Below are positions 53,560 to 64,000 of a DNA stretch of 64,000 nucleotides, in pieces. Numbering within the stretch: position 1 is the first letter of the stretch; each line of letters opens with the position of its first letter. The translations under genes and the position numbers were made by a program. The DNA is from the human T2T-CHM13v2.0 reference genome, Homo sapiens. The notes beneath the pieces are model-generated. The model had not been told where the DNA came from. It did not search any database and worked only from the letters and a program-made list of their open reading frames with translations. The stretch lies in the NCBI RefSeq assembly GCF_009914755.1, contig NC_060937.1; one strand, 5' to 3'.

Positions 53560-54103
53560 TGGCTATTGCATATGTTTCAGGGATGCCTGAGGCCATGCAC
53601 ACATTTGGTGATTCATGAGAAGGACCCAGCATTTAGTAGCCCCGTGGCTAGGGTTTACTACAGTGCAAGGATACATGACACGATAAGCAACAGAAAAACA
53701 CACATGCAAAGTCTGGAAAAATCCAAGCACAGGCTTTTAATGCTCTCTCCCTCCCCTGAGGAGACTCATGAAGCAGGCTCCTTTTGTCAGCAGCGAAAAA
53801 TTCAGTAATGTGTGTGCAATGTTTCTGCCCTAGAAAGAGACTCAGCATTCAAAGATTTTACATGGTTGGTTACGTAGGCACCCTCTCCCTAGAAATAATC
53901 AGAATTCCAAACTCAAAGAAGAAAAGCGGGTATTCAGCATAAACCAAGTTGCTTGCGCAGTCTAGATACAATGAATCATTCTTATCAGCTAGAGAGTGGG
54001 TTAAAGTGCTATGTTCCTAGACACCAGCCAAGGGCCAGCCTGGTAAGCAAGTGTTTCCTAAAGCAGCAGCCTCAGGTCTGCTATGTTATTTCTTTTCTGC
54101 GTG
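53560..54103. mobile_element. MER21-like LTR
   Basis: taggcaccctct...gtattcagcataaacc...ccagccaagggcca...ctcaggtctgctatgtta. Confidence 0.7.
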
Positions 54104-54287
54104 GCTTTTAAACCTGAAACCCCTTCCTTTCCTGTTTGTGCAGCTTTGTAGGGTAGGAAAATGTTATATAAAAGTTGGACCTCACCTCCACTTTAGGCAT
54201 TGCCACTGCTCTGTTGCACTTGAGCCCTGTAAGCTGTGTGTTCTATCACAGTATTAACTAAAGCTGATATCCCCAGTAGGCTTAAAA

Positions 54288-56350
54288 CTGTAGGATTTCT
54301 GCACAGAGATCCGCTGTTGGTCTGATGGGCTTCCCTTTGTAGGTGACCTGTCCTTTCTCTCTGGCTGCCCTTAACATTTTTTCCTTCATTTTGACCTTGG
54401 AGAATCTGATGATTATGTGTCTTGGGGTTGATCTACTCGTGGAGTGTCTTAGTGGTGTTTTCTGTATTTCCTGAATTTGCATGTTGGCCTGTCTTGCTAG
54501 GTTGGGGAAGTTCTCCTGGATAATATCCTGAAGTGTGTTTTCCAAGTTGGTTCCGTTCTCCCCATCTTCTTCGGGTACTCCAGTCAATCATAGGTTGAGT
54601 CTTTTTACATAGTCCCATATTTCTCGGAGGTTTTGTTTGTTCCTTTTCATTCTTTTTTCTCTAATCTTGTCTGTGTGCCTTATTTCAGCAAGATGGTCTT
54701 CCAACTCTGATACCCTTTCTTCTGTTTGGTCGCTTCGGCTATTGATACTTGTGTATGTGTTACAAAGTTCTCATGCTGTGTTTCTCAGCTCCATCAGGTC
54801 ATTTATGTTCCTCTCTAAACTGGTTATTCTAGTTAACAGCTCCTGCAACCTTTTATCAAAGTTCTTATCTTCTTTGCATTGGGTTAGAACACGCCCCTTT
54901 AGCTCAGCAGAGTTTGTTATTACCCATCTTCTGAAGCCTACTTCTGTCACTTCATCCATCTCATCCTCTGTTCAGTTCTGTGCCCCTGCTGGAGAGGTGT
55001 TGCGATCATTTGGAGAAGAGCCATTCTGGCCTTTCAGGTTTTCAGTGTTTTTTCGTTGATTCTTTCTCGTCTTCATGAGTTTCAATCTTTGAGGCTGCTG
55101 ACCCTTGAATGAGGTTTTTGTGGAGACTTTTTTGTTCATGCTGTTGTTGTTGCTTTCTGTTTGTTTTTCTTTCAATGGTCAGGTCCCTCTTCTGTAGGGC
55201 TGCCGCAGTTTGCTGGGGCTTCACTTCAGGCCCTATTCATCTAATTTGCTCCCACTCCTGAAGATGTCACTCAAGGAGGCTGGAGAACAGCAAGATGGGT
55301 GACTCCTCCTTCCTCTGGGATCTCTAACCCCAAGGAGCACTGACCTGATGCCAGTAGGAATGCTCCTGTATAGGGTATCTGGCAACCCCTGTTGGAAGGT
55401 CTCAGGTCTCACCCAGTTGGGTGGCACAGAGAACAGGACCCGTTTAATATAGCACTTTGAATATCCCTTGGTGGAGGGGGTGTGCTTCGCTGGGGGGAAA
55501 TGCACTCGTCTGGGCTGTCTGGGTTCCTCAGAACTAGCAGGAGGAAAGACTAAGTCAGCTAGTCCGTGGAGACTATGGCTACCCCTTCCCCTAGGGGCTC
55601 AGACCCAGGGAGATCAGGGTTCAGTCCCTGAGCCCCTGGCTGGAGTTGTTGGAGTTCCTGCAGGGAGGCCCCACCCAGTGAGGAGGGATGGGTCAGGGTC
55701 AGGCCTGAAGAGGCACTATGGCTGCATCTGCCACAGCCAGTGTATTGGGCTGTGGGGAATACCTCTTGGGACCAACCCGTCCAACCTCCCTGGCTTCAGC
55801 GGGGAGAAAAGCATGGCCTGGAGCTATAGTGATGGCTGCCACCCTTCCCCCACCCTGGGAGCTTAGTGTGTTAGGCAGCTAGCAGTCCCAGTGTTGGCTG
55901 CTGCCCCTCTCCCAAGGAGCTCAAATGGCTTAGACAGCAGGCAGTGACAGCTGTGGTGCTCGCCACTCCTCAGCTGGGAACTTGGCAGGCTTAAGCAGAT
56001 TCTAGCTGAGTGGCTGTTGAGAATCTCCATGGCTCCGTGGCTGAGACCCTAGGTCCCAGTGGAGTGGGCTCACGAGTGGGATCTTCCCATCCGTGGGTTG
56101 CACAGTTCCATGGAAAAAGCACGATTTCCCAGGCTAGGTAGCACGCTCACTCATCACCTCCCTTGGCTGGGGTGTGGGGGCTCCCCTGACCCACGTGGCT
56201 CTCGGGTGGGCCACCGCACCACACTGCTCTTCCTTGCTCTCCATGGATCATGCCAGCCTCCTAGTCAGTTCTGATAACAGAATCTGGACACCTCAGTTGC
56301 TGGCGCAGGATTCACACACTGTTATGGTTTTTGCTGGGAGCCTCCGATCT
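54288..56350 (-). mobile_element. Older L1PA/L1P 5'UTR plus ORF1 fragment
   Basis: LENTLQDIIQENFPNLARQANMQIQEIQ...GKPIR on the - strand, followed by a GC-rich 5'UTR. Confidence 0.9.
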
Positions 56351-56354
56351 CTGT

Positions 56355-56445
56355 TGCATAGTTTCACATGGCTGGGGAGGCCTCACAATCATGGCAGAAG
56401 ATGAAGACCAAAGAGATGTTTTACATGGCAGCAGGCAAAAAAGCT
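56355..56445 (-). mobile_element. Short internal piece of a THE1/MST LTR
   Basis: cacatggctggggaggcctcacaatcatggcagaag...ttacatggcagcaggcaa. Confidence 0.8.
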
Positions 56446-56856
56446 CTCATTCTCTTTATGGCTGCACAGTATTCCATAGTGTATATGTACCACATTTTCT
56501 TTATCTAGTCTATCATTGATGGGCATTTAGGTTGATTCCATGTCTTTGCATTGTGAGTAGTATTGCAATGAACGTACATATGCATATGTCTTTATAATAG
56601 AATGATTTATATTCCTTTGGGTATATACCCAGTAATGAGATTGCTGAGTCAAATGGTATATTTGTCTTTAGGTCTTTGAGGAATCACCACACTGTCTTCC
56701 ACAATGTTTGAACTAATTCACACCAACAGTGTATAAGCGTTCCTTTTTCTCCACAACCTCGCTGGCATCTGTTATTTATTGACTTTTTAGTAATAGCCAT
56801 TCTGACTGGTGTGAGATGGTATCTCATTGTGGTTTTGATTTGCATTTCTCTAATGA
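56446..56856 (-). mobile_element. L1 ORF2 3' fragment
   Basis: gccattctgactggtgtgagatggtatctcattgtggttttgatttgc. Confidence 0.88.
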
Positions 56857-57874
56857 AGATCTGTGATTATTTTAAGCCAGCTGCTTATAATGAGAACATG
56901 TGAGTTTTAAAGGAATGTTTATAAATTATATTTTATAACAACTTCGCTTGGAAGGTTTTATCTAAAAAACATCACACTCAGAGAACTCCCGTGTGATAGG
57001 CCCCAGGGACCACCGTTAAGTACTGTGATAGCTTGTGTAAAGGAAACTCTTTGGGGGATACTGGGTAAATAATGGGCTTTCATTCAATTTAACACGTGTG
57101 TATTGAGGGCTTACTATCTGCCAGGGGATATTCTCAGTGCAGGTAATAGAGCAATGGACAAAATAGGCAAAACCTCCTGTTCTCATGAGCTTACGATCTA
57201 TTATGGGTAGAGAGACAACAAGCAAAATAATTGAATAAGATGAGGAAAGTGCTCTGTGCCTGTTCTGGGCAGCCTCTGCTTGCTTTGTTCCTCCCCTGGT
57301 AGGAATGTAAGCTTCTGGTGCTGAGTTAGGTTCAGGGACTAGAAGAGTCCAAAGAATGTGAGCCTCCCTTTAATGGAATTAAAAGCTTCCAGTTCTTTCT
57401 GGGCCATGATATAACCTATGACTGCAAAAGACCAGTGGTACCATACAAAGGTAGCTTCCTTGTCGATTCTAGCAAGACTTCCCTGCACAGAGCAAAGCTA
57501 TAGGGAATCAAGGTAGGGGGCAAAGGGGCAAAGTCATGACAAAATGTGCTGCTTTTCATTCCAGCAGAGTTGTGCAAGTATGTACATGTGTGTGCAATCT
57601 CTTCTCCCAACAAAAGATCTACCTGCAATACTTCGCTTATTTAAAAAAATTATTCATTAGTAAAATTACTCATCCTCTGTTCTCTGACCATAAAAAAAAA
57701 TAGCACCGTAATAGTTCACAGAAAGTAATAATTCAAGACATTCAAAGCAGGTGAGTATGTCATAGGCAACTACTCAGGCTCTTGCTTAAACCCTGGGTGC
57801 CCAGTAGTTTGCAGCTGTGTGGCACATCAAAAGAATTTATGATACATGGTAACTTTCTTAAAGCTTCATGGCTC

Positions 57875-58530
<656 letters not shown>

Positions 58531-59023
58531 CCTTCCAAGAAATAACTAAAATTAGTTTAGTCTTCCAGCGCAGTTGTAAATGCAGAATTCAACATTCCGA
58601 TATTACCATCTCATTTAAAAAGTTATCCTTTTTGTGCAGTTATTACAAACAAGTCAACCAACCCCAGTTACAGCTGGCACCTATGAAGGAGCCAACCTGG
58701 AGGTTCAATAAAAACTTTAAAACAGCCCAATGCCCATCTTTCAGAAGCATGGCATGATAGTGTTGCTTCTGACTCTAAAAAATAAAAAATGTACTTTTTT
58801 AGAAACCATGTATGTCAGTATAATTGCTACTTACTTATGAGTCAAGATCACAATTAAAGTACCTACCATCAAGTGAAAGAGTATGTAATTCATCTGGTAG
58901 GAGCTAAACTATTTTTACCTGAACAATTTCTTCTAAATATTATACGTCAAGCACTATATCTCAAGCCTGCTGTAAAACATGTCCTACCATTTTTACTAAT
59001 CCACCAGAAATATCATGCAAAGA

Positions 59024-59191
59024 GCCAGGTGCAGTGGTGTGTGGCTATAGCCCCAGCTACTCGCGAGGCTGAGGCAGGAAGCTGGCTTAAACCCAAAAGT
59101 TCAAGACTGTAGTGCACAATGATCACATCAGTGAATAGCCACTGTACTCCAGCCTGGGCAACATAGTGAGACTTTATGCCTAAAAAAAAAA
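59024..59191 (+). mobile_element. Ancient Alu monomer (FAM/FRAM-like) inside the last exon of the GATD3-like pseudogene
   Basis: Monomer with gtgaatagccactg; degenerate TSD (atcatgcaaag / accatgcagaag). Confidence 0.85.
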
Positions 59192-59798
59192 CCATGCAGA
59201 AGGGCCATGCCATGAATGCACATGTCAGTGCCATTTTGTTGGTAACATCCCCATAGGATTTACTCACATCCATGTTTACAGCTAGGGCCCTGTACAGCAG
59301 TGTCTCTGTCATCACCAGAAAACATATCATGAAGAGAAGTTATAACTGAGTGGGGAAAAAAATGTTCCTTAGGCACCTGGCAACATGACCGTGAAAAAGG
59401 TTAAAATTACTGGCTTACACTGGCCTCTCAAACACTGCCAAGTTCAGAAAAAAAGCTCACAGATATTATGCACCCAAGAAATCGGTCCCAACATGAGGCT
59501 TCACTTAAATACCCAGTTAGTAAGATAAATGAAGGGTAAATGTACTAGGATCAATATGAAATAATTAAAGCAAGCGCCACTTGATTCTTACAGCTGAATG
59601 ATATGATAACAGAATTGCCACGTTGAATTTTTTTCTTTCAGAGTAAGCCAATGTATTAATAGTTTGAAAGAATATATTTTCCATATGATTCAAGCCATCT
59701 AGTCTTATCACCTTAAACCACAGCCCCTTATCACCTCCACCTCCACCCTAATGCCAATCACCAAATGCTGCAGCCCCGTAATGAATGATAATTTGTCT

Positions 59799-60069
59799 AG
59801 CACCCTGGGAGGCCGAGGCCGGGGGATCACTTGAGCCCAGGAGTTCAAGACCAGCCTGGGCAACATGGCAAAACCCCATCTCTACAAAAAATACAAAATT
59901 AGCCAGGTGTGTTGGTGCATACCTATGGTCCTAGCTACTCGAGAGGCCAAGGTGGGAGGGTCACTTGATCCCAGGAGGTCGAGGTTGCAGTGAGTCATGA
60001 TCACGCCACTGCAGTGCACTGCACTGCCAGCCTGGGTGACAGAGCAAGACTCTGTTACAAAAAAAAAAG
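59799..60069 (+). mobile_element. 5'-truncated Alu in the pseudogene intron
   Basis: TSD gataatttgtc(t/a)agc. Confidence 0.92.
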
Positions 60070-60605
60070 ATAATTTGTCAAGCTATTAGAAAAGTGGTCA
60101 CGTCTATATTTATCTGCAGGAAGGAAAATAGGAAAGCGCCGTAGGACCTGCTTACTCGGCAGGCAGCTTTCTATCCTTTTCTTTCCCTCTGTCCACATTA
60201 TTATCCTGACCCGCTGTGACTTCACCAGCAGGAAGGTTTCGGCTGCCAAGCCAGGGGAAATGCAGCAGCAGTAGCGATGGGCTTCCTCCCACAGGGGAAG
60301 GCTTGAAGTGTCCTTCACAGAACTGCCGACAGAGCAGTCTTTCCCATCCAGGGCAGCTCTGAGCTACTCCAAAGCCACCAGCAAAGACGACGACCCAGGA
60401 TTATTTAAGGCAGCTGACAAGAAGAATGGATGAACAAATCTTGGGCAAAGAATGAGGGTATAGAAGAGCAACACATAACACACGTGGTTAGGATGTAAAA
60501 ATAGTATTTCTTTAATGTCTTCTAGAATTGATAGTGACTTTGAATTAATTCATTAACTTTGTTTTTTTCTTTCCCATTAACTTTTTTTAAAAAGTCAGTA
60601 CCGCA

Positions 60606-60905
<300 letters not shown>

Positions 60906-61489
60906 CTATAATCGTCAAGATACCTTGGAGATCTTTTTGTAAAAAACTGATGACAAATTCTGAAACACACTCAAATCATTAAAGACATTACATAGCTTCA
61001 ATGTAGCCTTATAGCAAGTGGACTCAATAGACATAAAGGGCTTATATTAACCTAATAATAATAAATAATCATTTTGCATCAACAGTATGAAATTCTGAAG
61101 ATTCAAGCTGGGACACCTATCATGATGCTAATTTTTGCTAAATATTTCAAGTTTGGTACGAAGTAGAACTATATCTATTAAAAAGCTTTTGAGATAACTC
61201 CATACATTTTAAAAACATAAACCTATCCTTATGTGCTAAAATATTTTTTAAGTAGCAGTAATTTTGACATTAATTTGCTAGTAATACTACCTTAGATGTG
61301 AAAATACTAATATTAGCACCAGACTTCAGGAGCAATAACCCTTACAAACGTCTCTCGGGTTAACCGTATTAGCAGTAGAAGAAAAGAGTGAATTCTCAAA
61401 ACACCCACAACTCAAATAAAATGAATCTCCCTAGCCCTTTCTCTCTCTGGGGATTTGTAGATAGATTTAAACTTACATTTTATTCATAA

Positions 61490-62755
61490 TGTGTAGCATG
61501 TCTCCAAAGACAGTTATCCAATATCCATGCCTCCTGGTATTGATGCCCTTTTGGGGTCCCCTCTCCTTGAATCGAATCTCACTTTTGATCCATTGAAAGC
61601 TGCAGAAGTGATGCAGAGAGACTTCTTGGCTACATTGTAAGAGGAAAGCCCAAGTCTCTTGTGCTAAAATTCTTAATTGGGAGGACATTAGGTTGAGAGA
61701 GCTCAGCACTCTGGGTTCCTACAAAAGCAACCTGAAACCCAACTCAGAGTGAACGGTCACGGTCATCCCAGGAAAACAACACTTAAGCTTAACCAATCAG
61801 AAACCACCAACCAACCTCTAACTAGAGACTTTACCAATCAGAAATTGCCAATGAACCTCAAACTAGTGACTTTTCACTTTAACCACTCAAATGGTTTTTT
61901 GTGGGGTTTTTCTTTTTTTTGCCTTGCTTCCAAGAACATCTAGAGCTGCCCAATTCATGAGCTGTCTATTCAAATAAACTGGTTAAAATTTGAATGTGCC
62001 TAAGTTTGTCTTTTCACACTTAGAATCCTTGTTCTGGGGAATGCCAAATTCGCATGGAAAAAGCCTAACCACCCTGAGGCCTACGAGTTATGCGGAAGCC
62101 CAGGATTGCCACAGGGAATGGTCACATGGCTGCATGGCCAGCCTTCAGCTCTTCAGCCATCCTAGCCCAGGCACCAGACATGAGAGTGAAGACACTGTTG
62201 TGGATATCCAGCCAAGCCAAGCCTTTAGATAGCTGCAGCCCCAGCCTCTACCTCAATGCAACATTATTAGACACCCCAAGCAAAGCCCAGCTACCCCAGC
62301 TAGTACTGGGGCTCCTTTTTCTGCCTAAGATCCAGACCCACCAAAAGGTTTCCTCCCCCTCTCTCTAAGACCAAGAATGTCACCATACCTGATCAGACTC
62401 TTTCACAAGATAACGTGCAAGTTAATCTCTGTTCCCTGATCCATTCATTCATTGTCCCTAGAAATCCCCTCAATGGAATTCTTCCACCCCTTCCTGCAAC
62501 CTGTTTCGCCAGGATGATGTATAAGCTTTTGAACCCCCTTAGGGGATGGGTAATCACTCTGTGATTCGCCTGGTGTACACCTTAATTAAATTTGTATGCC
62601 TTTTCTCCAATTAATCTGCCTTATGTGGGCTGACTTTTCTGAGAATCTTCAGAGGGCAAAGAGAAAGCTTTCCTTTGACCTCTACGTTACTCAACCCACA
62701 GAACCAAGAAAGATAATAAATTATTGATTAAGCCATGAAATGTAAGCAATAAATG
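61490..62755 (+). mobile_element. MLT1-type LTR with nested ERV1-like LTRs (~61715-62017 and ~62300-62686)
   Basis: MLT1 motifs (cccaggcaccagacatgagagtgaag) interrupted by segments with CCAATC boxes and AATAAA/ATTAAA signals. Confidence 0.6.
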
Positions 62756-63061
62756 TCTGGAACACTATATATGTAAAATAGCAGTAAGCAACCTATTTGG
62801 TAGATGTATAGATAGCAACAAGCAACACACACTCCTGATCCAATACAATGATTCCCAATTCTCACTGTGGGACATCTCCAAAGTGTCTCCAAAAGCTTTA
62901 GAAACATTGTGAATGAACTGATATAATCTGACAATAAAACTAACTTTGTTTAGTTTGAAAAATATAAACATAGGACATACTATTCCTTATGAAGGGAATT
63001 AAAAAGAAGTCAAAGAAAAATATCTGAGAAAATTGTACTCATAAATGAATCTTTTATTTAA

Positions 63062-63379
<318 letters not shown>

Positions 63380-63599
63380 TAGTAAATCAATCTTTTATTT
63401 CAATTTATTTATTTCAATAAAAGATTGATTTATGTTTTATTGATCACAAATCAAATTAAAGTCTAATTTTAAATCTTTTATTTGAAAAGGGAGCGTTATC
63501 AATCTAAAACTGATTTCTGCCCTGAAAAGGTCCAGAAACAGGCAAAACCTCTACTGTAATTTTCAAAGTCTGAAGGCCTCAAAGGGTGGTCTGCCTGCA

Positions 63600-64000
63600 A
63601 CACCCCACCTGTTGCCTAGAAGCCGAATCAGAATCTGCATTGTAACAAGATCTCCAGGTGAGTCATGCGTCCATTGAAGTTGAAGAAGTACTGGCAGAGA
63701 GCAGCAGTTCCCAAACTTGTCTGCACATGAGAATCATCTGGGAATCTTTTTAAAATTCCGAAATCCAGGCCATACCCTAGACCAACGAAATCATGGGACA
63801 CAGGCGTTGATGGTTTTGAAGGCTACCAGGTGATTCCAATGTGCAGCCAACTTCGAGACCTAGTGGTCACCCTAGATAGGGCACTGGGAAATCACTTGGG
63901 GAGCATAAACACTAATATTGGTTTCCACCCCCGGAGAGTCTCATGTCGCTGGTCTCAGGTATGACCTATGCATCTGGAGTTTTTAAAAGCTCCAGGTAAT
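63600..64000. mobile_element. MER5A-like cluster
   Basis: aatcagaatctgcat...ccaggtga...; ccaggtgattccaatgtgcagcca. Confidence 0.7.

Larger units (their letters stand above)
58961..60390 (-). pseudogene. Degenerate intron-containing ES1/GATD3-like (DJ-1/PfpI superfamily) pseudogene; two exon remnants at ~60390-60185 and ~59322-58961, the latter split by an Alu monomer
   Basis: Minus-strand frame-hopping translation gives colinear blocks: FAGGFGVAQS / ALDGKDCSV / QAFPCGRKPI / CCISPGLAAETF / GEVTAGQDNNVD ... TAVQGPSCKHGC / VSKSYGDVTNKMALTCAFM / LHDISGGLVKMVGHVLQQA*. These match, in order, the ES1/GATD3 motifs FPGGFGAAKNL, AVDGKDCKV, GKPIGLCCIAPVLAAK, EVTVG, LGAKH, HVDQKNKVVTTPAFM and LHYIHDGIGAMVRKVL. 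Confidence 0.88.

Noticed and set aside
60055-60318. 87-aa ORF (and 59013..59330) as functional genes
   Set aside because: Each catches only one or two frames of the decayed GATD3-like exons and runs into Alu sequence.

Overview
Primate, human-like genomic DNA that is mostly interspersed repeats. It contains one intact protein-coding gene, ACOD1/IRG1 (cis-aconitate decarboxylase). ACOD1 lies on the + strand with 5 coding exons from 36224 to 45635, joining to 1446 nt (481 aa plus stop), with a TATA/ETS promoter and a polyA signal at 46287. A BTF3 processed pseudogene sits inside a heavily nested Tigger2-type transposon at 15.4-20.4 kb. The most striking signal is missed by the ORF track. On the - strand at about 58.96-60.39 kb, tail-to-tail with ACOD1, lie the frameshifted remains of at least two exons of an ES1/GATD3-like (DJ-1/PfpI superfamily) gene, with the last exon split by an ancient Alu monomer. 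It looks like a dead, intron-containing (probably unitary) gene. Other oddities are two apparent locally templated insertions, a ~200-bp diverged inverted repeat enclosing an ETS/octamer/AP-1 cluster, a CCAAT-IRF-TATA cassette in a likely LTR, and a full-length THE1-type provirus just past the ACOD1 3' end. Repeat subfamily names and identities were judged by eye from remembered consensus sequences and are approximate.
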